DNA of 64,000 nt from Staphylococcus phage AH12. The DNA is taken from the sequence record OR455461.1, one strand, 5' to 3'. The notes below the pieces were generated by a model. The model was not told the DNA's origin and made no database searches. It worked only from the letters and a program-made list of their open reading frames with translations. The translations under genes and the position numbers were made by a program. Shown piece by piece: positions 1 through 8,646 of this stretch (the first letter of the stretch is position 1; each line of letters starts with the position of its first letter).

Positions 1-412
1 ATTTAATCATATTTACATAATAAGTTTTTCCATCAATATTAAATTCAAGAGTATTATATACTTCCTTATTAGCATACATAGATATTTCAGACATTTGCTC
101 TTCAGAGAATAATGAATCATCAGAACTATAAGCCCATTCCAATAATATTTCACGTTTAACTGCTTCTAAAGAACCAATTTGTCTTTTTTGTTTTGCTAAC
201 CAATCTTCATCTTTACCTAATTCTTTATATGAATATTCTATATACATGAATTCATTATTTGAATTATCTTCCATGTATTTTTCTAATTTAGAAATTCCTT
301 CTTCTTCACCATTAATGAAATAATCATATATTTTTTCATTCCATTGAGCTGCTTCATTCATTTGTTGAAAGAAAAATTGCCCATTGTCTTCATCAAGAGT
401 ACTCAAATTTAT
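1..412 (-). CDS. terL: Large terminase subunit, exon 3 (partial; continues past the window start)
   Basis: Minus-strand frame is open from about 412 to position 1 (TLDEDNGQFFFQQMNEAAQW...). It follows intron core A and continues the T4 gp17-like alignment after the TTTP motif (T4: TTTPNGLNHFYDIW). Confidence 0.5.
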   Translation of the reverse strand, partial: MNLSTLDEDNGQFFFQQMNEAAQWNEKIYDYFINGEEEGISKLEKYMEDNSNNEFMYIEYSYKELGKDEDWLAKQKRQIGSLEAVKREILLEWAYSSDDSLFSEEQMSEISMYANKEVYNTLEFNIDGKTYYVNMIK

Positions 413-570
413 TTATTCTTTATAATTATATAAAGTTTAGACTATATCACAATAATTATAATAATTATTATCCATTATTTAGTCGTTGAACATCATTTAG
501 ATGATGCTGATTAATTTTATAATATTTCAGCAATTAAATAGAAAAGCCCAGTTAATTTTAGGCGTAGTTG
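405..570 (-). ncRNA. Group I intron core A (ORF-less) in terL; boundaries approximate
   Basis: Reverse complement carries P4/P6-like TTAATTGCTGAAAT...AATCAGCATC (502-536), R-like GTTCAACGACTAAAT (477-491) and S-like GATATAGTCT (439-448). Same family as the six other copies in the window. Confidence 0.6.
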
Positions 571-718
571 TAATTAGAAGTCCATAAGGAGTTCCGTTTC
601 TTTTAGCAATTGCAGAAGCTGTGGAGTTAGCTGGACGCATGGCCTCAAACATTGTTTGATTATGTTTAATAAATGCCCACTCATCTAGCCAGAATAATGG
701 CACAGTACCACCTCTCAT
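555..718 (-). CDS. terL: Large terminase subunit, exon 2 (Walker B and TTTP coupling motif); ends approximate
   Basis: ORF 527..718 encodes LFWLDEWAFIK...GLLITTTPK. This matches the T4 gp17 Walker B and C-motif region (MIYIDECAFIP...IIITTTPNG). It lies between intron cores B and A. The in-frame tail INWAFLFNC* probably runs into intron sequence. Confidence 0.55.
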
Positions 719-925
719 TTTTCGTTAACTATATGAATTTCATATAGATCAGACTATATCTTAACAATTTCAATGATATTAATATTTAGTCGTTGAACTA
801 CTATTTTAAGTAGATGCTGATTTATTTAATGATTTTCTCAGCAATTAATTAATTTTATAGCGAGCTAAGGTTATAAATTAATTTTTAAAAATAATTTCCA
901 TATATGCCATGGAATGATTTAACCC
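715..925 (-). ncRNA. Group I intron core B (ORF-less) in terL; boundaries approximate
   Basis: Reverse complement carries TTAATTGCTGAGAAAATCATTAAATAAATCAGCATC (813-848), GTTCAACGACTAAATAT (784-798) and GATATAGTCT (751-760). The upstream exon stops right after KAG*, and the next exon starts at MRGGTVPLFW. Confidence 0.6.
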
Positions 926-1569
926 GCTTTATTTGCTTGCTCTTTATTGTTTGGAGGACTGACTGTCTTAATAGTGTTATTATTGGATGCTAATCTAAAT
1001 TCATTTTCAGCATCTTTATCATTCTTATCACCAAAATTTGCCATCACATAATCCGGTAAACATTTTTCTTTAAATAAGTTCTTAAGACGTTTTAAATTCT
1101 CCACTGTATCAGCATAAGCTTTATGTGTAAATAACATTGTATAGTTATTACCTACTAATAACATAATCCATGAATAATAACATACTGCAGAATATGTTTT
1201 ATAGTGCTGACGAGGTAACATTATTGCAGTATCTAAGTTATGCAACATACAGAATGTCATAGCCAAGTTACCTCTATGAAGTTCATACATTACTTTTCCA
1301 CCTGGAACAGGAACTCTAATAACTTCTCTTAAATAAAACCATATATTAAGTTTAGCTTCCCTAATAACACGAGTTTTCATTTCATTATCTAAATCTTCAT
1401 CCCAAGGATCAACACCAATTAATTTCTTATCATATAGAGTTAATGGTAAACCATAATTTTGTATATTATTGTCTTTAAGTTCTTTAGCAACTTTTAAAAA
1501 GCTTATATTATTAGTCTTATAATCGTAATAAACTTTTTTCTTTAATTTTGTTATAGCCATAATCTTCAT
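919..1569 (-). CDS. terL: Large terminase subunit, exon 1 (ATPase Walker A); 3' end approximate
   Basis: 216-aa ORF contains LPRQHYKT, which resembles the terminase Walker A motif (T4 gp17 SRQLGKT). It is followed by an intron core, then exon 2 with the Walker B motif. Confidence 0.6.
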   Translation of the reverse strand: MKIMAITKLKKKVYYDYKTNNISFLKVAKELKDNNIQNYGLPLTLYDKKLIGVDPWDEDLDNEMKTRVIREAKLNIWFYLREVIRVPVPGGKVMYELHRGNLAMTFCMLHNLDTAIMLPRQHYKTYSAVCYYSWIMLLVGNNYTMLFTHKAYADTVENLKRLKNLFKEKCLPDYVMANFGDKNDKDAENEFRLASNNNTIKTVSPPNNKEQANKAG

Positions 1570-1583
1570 TCACTTCTTTCTTA

Positions 1584-2753
1584 CTATCTTGTCTTAGTAT
1601 TAATTCTATTAGAATATTTTATTATTCTTTGAATTTCATCTAATTGTTTCTTGAGTTCTTTTTTAACTTCATTAGAATTATTATTGTTACTAATTTCAAA
1701 TTTTAATGTATTAATAACTGCATCAATTGAATCTGTTGGATAATCTTTATAACTTTTAATAAAACCACTCATAGGGTATAAAAGTCCTCTCATAGCTTTA
1801 GCTATTAAATTATTAGATCTTTTTTCAGATTTCATTCTAAATGCTTTATACACTAAATCATAAAATTTAACCATTTCTACAGAATATCCATAAAGAGCAG
1901 GTAATTGGTTAGCAGATCTTTCTGAAAGATTATAATCCATAGTAGTTTTTCTATTGAAACTTGCACTTGTTAGTAACATTCCTGTTCCCATAAATGAACC
2001 CATTGATAAGCTAGCACCTATAAACACAGCAGTTAAACACATTACTAATGTTGACATTGCAAGAATCATAGGAGCTGCTAATACTCTATTTCTTCTATTG
2101 TCAGTTTCTATTTCTTTAGTGTACTTAAACTGTACTGGTTTATTATCTCTATATTTGAGTTCGAATGTAGGAGTTTTGCCACCAGAGAGTACATTAATTT
2201 CTACAGGGAAAAATAAATTATGTCCTATTTCATGTAATAATAAAAAAGTATACATTCTACCATTAAGAGTAGTAAATTCTTTTTGACCTGATGCTTTCTT
2301 TTCGATAAAATATCTCAATGAAGATAATTCAATATTTACTTCAATTTCTCTAGGTTTAGAATAGTAAACACCATTCTTTTCTTCAATAACAATTTTAGTG
2401 ATTCCATCTGTAATATTTCTAATATCTTCAGGTTTAATTAATGTGTGTGCTACTGAACCTACTTTAAATTTATCTTTTCCACGTTTATCAGCTTCAATAA
2501 ATTTTAATTTCATATTAGTGTTAAATAATTTCTTAGTAATATCTGATATTCTTTTTGCAATATCATTATATTCATTCTTATCAATTACATCAAAATCAGA
2601 TTTTTCGAAGTTATATTTACTAATTAATGAATCAAATTCTTCATCTATTTCTCTAAGTAATGAAGTATTTTTACCAAAGTTAAAAGCATCTTCATTTAAA
2701 TTCATTACTTCTTTTATTTTTTTCATTTGCATTTCTTCTTGTAAAGATACCAT
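1584..2753 (-). CDS. Putative Zn-metallopeptidase (HExxH) with a C-terminal hydrophobic segment
   Basis: 389-aa ORF with FLLLHEIGHNLF (an HExxH motif) and a hydrophobic stretch VLAAPMILAMSTLVMCLTAVFIGASL. Lies between the capsid gene and terL. Confidence 0.45.
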   Translation of the reverse strand: MVSLQEEMQMKKIKEVMNLNEDAFNFGKNTSLLREIDEEFDSLISKYNFEKSDFDVIDKNEYNDIAKRISDITKKLFNTNMKLKFIEADKRGKDKFKVGSVAHTLIKPEDIRNITDGITKIVIEEKNGVYYSKPREIEVNIELSSLRYFIEKKASGQKEFTTLNGRMYTFLLLHEIGHNLFFPVEINVLSGGKTPTFELKYRDNKPVQFKYTKEIETDNRRNRVLAAPMILAMSTLVMCLTAVFIGASLSMGSFMGTGMLLTSASFNRKTTMDYNLSERSANQLPALYGYSVEMVKFYDLVYKAFRMKSEKRSNNLIAKAMRGLLYPMSGFIKSYKDYPTDSIDAVINTLKFEISNNNNSNEVKKELKKQLDEIQRIIKYSNRINTKTR

Positions 2754-2761
2754 ATAATTTT

Positions 2762-2809
2762 CCTTTCTTTTTATAAAATAAACCCATACACCTCAGAGAG
2801 ATGTATGGG
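2762..2809 (-). terminator. Rho-independent terminator after the major capsid gene
   Basis: Hairpin CCCATACACCTCAGAGAGATGTATGGG (2783-2809), followed on the minus strand by TTTATTTTATAAAAAG. Confidence 0.5.
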
Positions 2810-2837
2810 TATATAAATAACAAAAGTAAAGTTACTC

Positions 2838-4433
2838 TTAACGAGCGTATACTGAACCGTTGTTGTTTTTGATTGTAATACGTCCAATGATCGGAACGAA
2901 TGATTCAACTGTATATCTACGAGTCATCATCATGTTAGGAACATTAGGGTTACGAGTATTCAAGTATCCTCCACCATTTACAACATTGAATGTGTAAGGG
3001 TAGAACATGAATGTTTTATAGTTGTCTTGTTGAGGAATTGCAATAATAGTCAATTCACCTTGACGAACTAAGTCAGAACCGATAATACGGTAGTTAGCTG
3101 TACCAGAAGCAGCACCTAATGAATAGTTAATTTTAATTCCATTAGAGTAAGAATCTTCAGTACCACCATTAAATGTCCAAGAAACGTTAGGGATTAAACG
3201 AACGTCAACTGGGTTACCTACGATAACGAATTGTACATCGTAAAGTTTGTAATCATTTTTCATTGATTGAGTAGTATGGTCAATTACTTCACGTAGACCT
3301 TCTAACCAATCTTTAGGGTGAGCACTGTAATCACTATGTGGATAAACATCGAAGCTGAAGTGATATTTAGCGTCAGTTTCTCTGTATTCGTGATCTAAGA
3401 ATTCAATGATATCTAAGTCAACTTTTTGACTAGATAATTGAGACATTGTTTCAGATAAACGAGCAACTCCATCGATATCATAAGTAGCTTTCATATCTTG
3501 AATTACTTCAAGAGGTACTGTAGCCTCGATGTGTTGAGCTGTATCGATAGTGATATCTTTACGATCTAAACCAAGCTCGATGTTAGTAGCTGAAGTATGT
3601 TGTTCAGAAGCTACATAACCTTTAATTTTAATTGCTTCTAATTTACCAGAAGTTGAAGCTAAAGCTAAAGTACCGTTAGAAACGTCAACTTTACCTAATA
3701 CTGTATCAACAGCAACTTCACCGTCACCATTTGTAGGGTATTTAACTTCTGCCATTAGAGAGTCATTTTCCATTTTAATAACTTGAGAACCTAATTCAAC
3801 AAATCCTTTTTCATTTGTACGAACATCAAAAGAATCGCTCCATTTAGCTTCTACAACTTTGAATTTACGGTCAACACGATCAATGCCTTTACGAACTTCT
3901 TTACCTTCTTTTAAGCCATCGAATAAATCGTAAGCTTCAACTTTACCACCAGAAATTGCAACTTCTTCTTTAAGAGGAACTAATCCTACTAAAGTTTCAG
4001 GTGTGTTATTAATTGATTCAGGTAATGCATGTTTGTTTCCATCAGCATCTACAACGTAAGGTGTTAAGATTGGCACTGTGAATTGTGGTTTATTAGCAAC
4101 TTGAGTTGGTAAAGCTTCAGTTAAAGCTAAACGAGCCCAAAGTTTAACTAAGATAGGCATAGATAATGAAGCATAAGGTTGGATAGGCCCCATTGAAGAC
4201 TCTAATAAGATTTCTTCACGAGTGTTATCTAACATACTTTCTAAAGAAAGTTGCTCCTCTTCATCAAAACCTTCTAATAATTGATCTTTATAACTTTCAA
4301 ATACTACGTCATCAGTAGCAATTGAAGCGAAATCATTACCAACTGTACTTAATTTATATTGTTCGTTGATATTTTGTTCGATATCCTCTAAGAGTTTAGA
4401 GAATTCATCTTTAATTCTATTTGCACTCAACAT
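2838..4433 (-). CDS. Major capsid protein, T4 gp23-like
   Basis: 531 aa. The C-terminal region YRIIGSDLVRQGELTIIAIPQQDNYKTFMFYPYTFNV matches T4 gp23 YRVYIDQYAKQDYFTVGYKGPNEMDAGIYYAPYVALT. NPNVPNMMMTRRYTV matches NFQPVMGFKTRYGI. Size is similar to gp23, a terminator follows, and an acidic scaffold-like gene lies upstream. Confidence 0.6.
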   Translation of the reverse strand: MLSANRIKDEFSKLLEDIEQNINEQYKLSTVGNDFASIATDDVVFESYKDQLLEGFDEEEQLSLESMLDNTREEILLESSMGPIQPYASLSMPILVKLWARLALTEALPTQVANKPQFTVPILTPYVVDADGNKHALPESINNTPETLVGLVPLKEEVAISGGKVEAYDLFDGLKEGKEVRKGIDRVDRKFKVVEAKWSDSFDVRTNEKGFVELGSQVIKMENDSLMAEVKYPTNGDGEVAVDTVLGKVDVSNGTLALASTSGKLEAIKIKGYVASEQHTSATNIELGLDRKDITIDTAQHIEATVPLEVIQDMKATYDIDGVARLSETMSQLSSQKVDLDIIEFLDHEYRETDAKYHFSFDVYPHSDYSAHPKDWLEGLREVIDHTTQSMKNDYKLYDVQFVIVGNPVDVRLIPNVSWTFNGGTEDSYSNGIKINYSLGAASGTANYRIIGSDLVRQGELTIIAIPQQDNYKTFMFYPYTFNVVNGGGYLNTRNPNVPNMMMTRRYTVESFVPIIGRITIKNNNGSVYAR

Positions 4434-4617
4434 AATTTTTTCTGCTCCTTTTCAAATATATTAGCGTGTAGTTTTATATTATTAATTTTATTATATAAAT
4501 TTGTTAAGAAATAAAATAACCATTATATTCAAGGGTATTTTTACTTTCATATGTTATTGTTATTAAATTTAAAAAGAATAATAAAACTATTATTAAAAGT
4601 AATTAAAATCATTTATT

Positions 4618-5283
4618 TTACTTTTTACTACGCTTTTTTGTACTTTCTAATTTATTGTATTCTTTTAAATAATTGTCAAATATTTCTTTGTAAGTAGTTT
4701 CAAATTTTTTATATAACTTCTCAGATTTATCTACATCGACAATATTTATAAATTTATTGTTAAATAAATTTATATTATCTTTAAGTTGATCCAGAGATTT
4801 TGTAGTTAATTCAGTTATATCAAACATATCTTTTCTCTCTGAATCTGAAAAATTTTCCATATTTCTGTCATTGATAATGTAGTTAAATTTGTCCATTACA
4901 TCTTTTAATTCAATTAATTTATTAAATATTTGTAATTTTAAAAACTTATCTGAATTACTTTCTTTGGGTTCTTCTGGTGTTTCTTCTGGATTATCTGTAT
5001 CAGTTTCTTCAGATTCAGGTTGTTCAAGATCATTATCTAATCCATCTTCAGTTTCTTCTTGATCTTCCGTAGAATCGTCATTAGAATCATCATTAGAATT
5101 ATCTTCTTCAGTTTCTTCATTATTCTCTTCTTCTGATGAAGTTGATTCAGTATCATCTAATGAATTCTGATCTTGATCATTTTCATCATCTTCAGCTTCA
5201 TTAAGAATATTTTGTTTCATTAATTTATTTATTGATTCAGTGAGTAAATCTCTATTAATATCCATAGTCATTACCACTGTCAT
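4618..5283 (-). CDS. Highly acidic helical protein, candidate scaffold (T4 gp22-like role)
   Basis: 221 aa with a long D/E/S/N-rich acidic tract and coiled-coil-like termini. Sits immediately upstream of the gp23-like gene. The true start may be an internal Met (MTMDIN...). Confidence 0.4.
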   Translation of the reverse strand: MTVVMTMDINRDLLTESINKLMKQNILNEAEDDENDQDQNSLDDTESTSSEEENNEETEEDNSNDDSNDDSTEDQEETEDGLDNDLEQPESEETDTDNPEETPEEPKESNSDKFLKLQIFNKLIELKDVMDKFNYIINDRNMENFSDSERKDMFDITELTTKSLDQLKDNINLFNNKFINIVDVDKSEKLYKKFETTYKEIFDNYLKEYNKLESTKKRSKK

Positions 5284-6289
5284 TTACATCTCCACGAGAG
5301 ATAGCATTTTTAGTTTTATCTATAGTTTTCTTTTGGAAATTTGCTTTTTTCAATTGACCTTCTAAATCTGATTTTAATATTCTTAATTCTTTTCTTTTAT
5401 TTTCATCATCAACTGTTTCTAATTTATCTTCTAATGATTGAATTCTTTCTTCTAGTACAATAATTAATCTATTAAGTTCACTATTTTTAGTACTATTATA
5501 CACAATAGCAACTAATAATCCTAATAATGCAGTTTTAGCTTTACCGATAACGCCAGAACTTACTTTTAATCCAATACAGAAGATTATTGCTGTTAAGATA
5601 GCTCTTACAAAACGAATTCTATTCGCTTTAGCTAATTGTTTATCATCCATATTTTTAGTTGAAGCAGTAGCTTTTTTAACAGAACCGATTAATTTATTTA
5701 AATTCTTTTCAGCAACTTTAGGTTCTTTAGATCGTTCAAAAGATGTATCAATATCATTAAGATAATCCTCATCATCATCTTCATAAGCTTCATTTAAATA
5801 ATTCATACTACCTTCCATTAAGAAATTAATAATTGCTTTTTTCTCTAAATTAGAATTAGAAGGTGTTTCAGCTAAAGCTACAGTTAATTGTTTAAAATTA
5901 AATTCTGCACTTTTATTTGAACTAAAGTCTTCTTTATATAAACTATCTATATAACCATTATTAGGAATACGATTATTAATATAAAGTGTATTATATCTAT
6001 CTTTAAGAGTTTCTATCTTATGAAGAACCATATTTATTGCCATTTCAGATTGTTCATTTTCAATTTCGTATCTTTCTAATGAATCTTTAATACCTACTAA
6101 ATATTTTACAATTTTTCTAATTTGATCATTTGTAAAACTATCAGTATTAGCATACTTCTCAATATCAACTAGATAATCATAAGCTTCATTAGGAAAAGAA
6201 TTTTCATCCGTTTGTTCTTTAATATTAAGTAATGTATCTTTTACTTCTTCAAAACTTTTCAAAGATTTTCCTCCTATCATATATTTCAT
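5255..6289 (-). CDS. Hypothetical protein, coiled-coil with one hydrophobic segment
   Basis: 344-aa ORF with an RBS-like AGGAGGAAA upstream. Hydrophobic stretch ILTAIIFCIGLKV...LLGLLVAIVY. Confidence 0.45.
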   Translation of the reverse strand: MKYMIGGKSLKSFEEVKDTLLNIKEQTDENSFPNEAYDYLVDIEKYANTDSFTNDQIRKIVKYLVGIKDSLERYEIENEQSEMAINMVLHKIETLKDRYNTLYINNRIPNNGYIDSLYKEDFSSNKSAEFNFKQLTVALAETPSNSNLEKKAIINFLMEGSMNYLNEAYEDDDEDYLNDIDTSFERSKEPKVAEKNLNKLIGSVKKATASTKNMDDKQLAKANRIRFVRAILTAIIFCIGLKVSSGVIGKAKTALLGLLVAIVYNSTKNSELNRLIIVLEERIQSLEDKLETVDDENKRKELRILKSDLEGQLKKANFQKKTIDKTKNAISRGDVNDSGNDYGY

Positions 6290-6376
6290 TAATCTAATAA
6301 AAGATTGTTAAATTCAGAAGAATAACATAGAAATATTCTTAATTTACAATCAAAATTTGAAAGGAAGTATAAATAA

Positions 6377-6600
6377 ATGTCTAAAGATATTAAAGCTTAC
6401 ATTATTAATGAATCTAATACAACTTCTCAACCAGAAGTAGTTCAAGATAATAATAAATCAGTTAGATTCATTGCTGAGTTACAAGAAGCTGATAGACAAA
6501 ACCGTAATGGTCGTGTTTATCGTAAAGATGTTATCCAAAGTGGTTTAGATAGTCCAGTAGTACAAGAAAAATTAGCAAGAAGAACTTTTTATGGTGAGTT
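6377..6600 (+). CDS. Prohead core protease (T4 gp21-like), exon 1
   Basis: VRFIAELQEADRQNRNGRVYRKDVIQ...TFYGE aligns with T4 gp21 GIFLQAEVVNRNKRLYPKRILEK...ALGELNHP. The ORF stops right at the intron. Confidence 0.6.
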
Positions 6601-6756
6601 TTAGGTTAAAATGGCTCACGTTAAATTATATTAATTGCTGAAATCTTATTTAAAGTAATCAGCATCAACTTAATACAAGTTGTTCAACGACTAAATATAT
6701 AACCTAGATGATATAGTCTAATCTTTATTAAAATAATAAAGAATAATAATTTGCAG
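6600..6756 (+). ncRNA. Group I intron core C (protease intron 1, ORF-less); boundaries approximate
   Basis: TTAATTGCTGAAATCTTATTTAAAGTAATCAGCATC (6631-6666), a variable hairpin AACTTAATACAAGTT, GTTCAACGACTAAATAT (6682-6697) and GATATAGTCT (6709-6719). Interrupts the protease at the catalytic His codon (exon 2 resumes at GHP). Confidence 0.6.
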
Positions 6757-7013
6757 GTCATCCTTTAAGTGATGAACCTAAACGTCAAATGTATATTGAT
6801 CAACGTAATATTTCTCATATTATCACTAGAACTTGGTGGAATGGTAATAAATTAATGGGAGAAGTAGAAACAGCTCAAACATCAGCTGGTAAGGATATGA
6901 AAGGTTTAATTGGACAAAAATCTGATGTATCTTTCTCAATGCGTGGTTTTAGTAAAATAGAAAGAAAACCTAATGGTGAAGTAGAAGTTACTAAACCTTT
7001 AAGATTAATCTGT
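6757..7013 (+). CDS. Prohead core protease, exon 2
   Basis: Frame is open from 6750 (..GHPLSDEPKRQMYIDQRNISHIITRTWWNGNKLMGEVE...SFSMRGFS). Matches gp21 NHPP...MWWKGNDVYGRARV...GVSSRGLGS, including the catalytic His and Ser regions. Confidence 0.6.
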
Positions 7014-7200
7014 TAAATTATAGCAGCTTTATATAGTGATATATAATGAAAAAGAATATTAATTGCTAAGAAGTTTAATTAAGCCAATTAGCATCAACTT
7101 AATACAAGTTGTTCAACGACTAAATATATTCGCTCTTACTAAGAGTATGATATAGTCTCGTCTATATGGAAACCATATAGCTAAGATGTACGTATGACTG
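7014..7200 (+). ncRNA. Group I intron core D (protease intron 2); boundaries approximate
   Basis: TTAATTGCTAAGAAGTTTAATTAAGCCAATTAGCATC (7059-7095), GTTCAACGACTAAATAT (7111-7127), GATATAGTCT (7149-7158) and a P9-like CTATATGGAAACCATATAG. Confidence 0.55.
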
Positions 7201-7360
7201 GGTAAAAAATTATTGCTTAGTATAAATAATATTAATTGCTGGAAATCTTTATTAAGATAATCAGCATCGGATTAAATTCCGTTCAACGACTAAATATATT
7301 ACCTAATATAAATTAGGAAGATATAGTCTCGTCTATATGAAAATCATATAGTTAAGATAA
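7200..7360 (+). ncRNA. Group I intron core E (protease intron 3); boundaries approximate
   Basis: TTAATTGCTGGAAATCTTTATTAAGATAATCAGCATC (7233-7269), a variable hairpin GGATTAAATTCC, GTTCAACGACTAAATAT (7281-7297) and GATATAGTCT (7320-7329). A micro-exon between cores D and E is possible. Confidence 0.55.
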
Positions 7361-7711
7361 CGTGTAATTCCATCACATCAAGATTCTTATATCCAAAATA
7401 TAATTTCAGAGAATCATAATAATTACAATACTAGTGATTTACAAATGGTTAATGAATCAATTGATATGTTTTCTAACGGTAAAGTTACAGAATTTTCTCC
7501 TAGAGAAGTTTTAACTTATATTAAAGAAAATTCAGATAATATCAAATATATCGCTGAAGATATGGGATTTGATAAAGCTGATGAATCTAATATCATTTAT
7601 GATAAAGGATCTCAAATAGCTTCAATTAAAGAAAGTAATAAAACTATTAAAGTTTTCTTAGAAGAATCTGTTCTTAATGGACTTGATGATTTCTATAGAA
7701 ACTTTAAATAA
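7361..7711 (+). CDS. Prohead core protease, terminal exon
   Basis: Frame is open from 7361 (RVIPSHQDSYIQNII...MVNESIDMF...FYRNFK*). It directly follows intron core E, so the annotated Met at 7445 is probably internal. Confidence 0.5.
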   Translation, partial: RVIPSHQDSYIQNIISENHNNYNTSDLQMVNESIDMFSNGKVTEFSPREVLTYIKENSDNIKYIAEDMGFDKADESNIIYDKGSQIASIKESNKTIKVFLEESVLNGLDDFYRNFK

Positions 7712-7734
7712 TATGTATGGAAGTGATATAGTTT

Positions 7735-8448
7735 ATGATAACTAATACAGAAGTACTTAATTATATAGAACGTGATACAGGATTTCTCTTTAATGAGTTA
7801 GAACTAAATCCTGATGAGATTATTAAAACAGTAGAAAGATTTACAATTCCTACTTTTAGTAAATTCCATCCTAAACAAGAAAGAATAGTAGTTAAACCTG
7901 AAGATAAAGTAGAAGGAACTCAGAATGTTTATTATATTGATTCACCAAACCCGATAGTTAATATTAATAGAGTGATTGGTGCTAATAACAATATTTCTAA
8001 TTTAACTGGTTATGCTGGGAGTATGAGTCCTTATGCAGGTTTTATGATGGGTTCACCTATTGACTCTCAAATGATGGCAGATTTAATGGCAATCAATTTA
8101 AATCCATCTACATTTAGATATCTTCATCCTAATAAAATAGAGATAATGAATGGATCTGTTATGAGTACAACTAATCTATTAATAATTGCAAATACTTATC
8201 ATGATAAACATTTTGGTTCAATACCAAATAATATGCATGATTACTTTTTAGAATTAGCTTCATATGATGTTCAAATGTCATTATACTCTATGAGAGGTAG
8301 ATTTCAAAATTTACAAACTACTTTTGGTGAATTGAATCTAAATATGGATGATTTAAGAGATGCTAGAGAAAAAAGAAGAGAATTAGTTGAAAAAATGGAA
8401 AATAACTCTATTTATAATTCCAATAGAAAAAAATTATTTTTCGGATAA
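7735..8448 (+). CDS. Hypothetical protein, possibly a head-assembly protein
   Basis: 237-aa ORF directly downstream of the protease gene and followed by a terminator. Confidence 0.45.
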   Translation: MITNTEVLNYIERDTGFLFNELELNPDEIIKTVERFTIPTFSKFHPKQERIVVKPEDKVEGTQNVYYIDSPNPIVNINRVIGANNNISNLTGYAGSMSPYAGFMMGSPIDSQMMADLMAINLNPSTFRYLHPNKIEIMNGSVMSTTNLLIIANTYHDKHFGSIPNNMHDYFLELASYDVQMSLYSMRGRFQNLQTTFGELNLNMDDLRDAREKRRELVEKMENNSIYNSNRKKLFFG

Positions 8449-8452
8449 TAAA

Positions 8453-8492
8453 ATCCCAATACCTATTAATTTAGGTATTGGGATATATTTTT
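8453..8492 (+). terminator. Rho-independent terminator
   Basis: Hairpin ATCCCAATACCTATTAATTTAGGTATTGGGAT followed by ATATTTTTA. Confidence 0.55.
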
Positions 8493-8646
8493 AGGATAAG
8501 GGAGTAATGGATATGGATAAAATTAAAGAACTTTGTATAAGTAATTTCATTATAACTATACGCTAATTTATTACTTAAAAAGGAATAAATTATAGAAAAA
8601 TAAATTTCTATAAAAATTTGTTACAATACTAATTTATATCATAAAT

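Noticed and set aside
527-718. 63-aa ORF as an independent small gene
   Set aside because: Its sequence (LFWLDEWAF...ITTTPK) is the Walker B and coupling-motif region of a large terminase and it is flanked by intron cores. It is an exon of terL.
1954-2757. Plus-strand ORFs (110 and 119 aa) inside the minus-strand HExxH protein gene
   Set aside because: They are antisense shadow ORFs with low-complexity L/I/S/N-rich composition, no RBS, and they overlap a well-supported gene.
6600-7360. Intron-like repeats as MITE-type transposons or a CRISPR array
   Set aside because: The spacing is irregular and there are no terminal inverted repeats or target duplications. The conserved blocks match group I P, Q, R and S elements, and the flanking sequence is exon of a recognisable protein.
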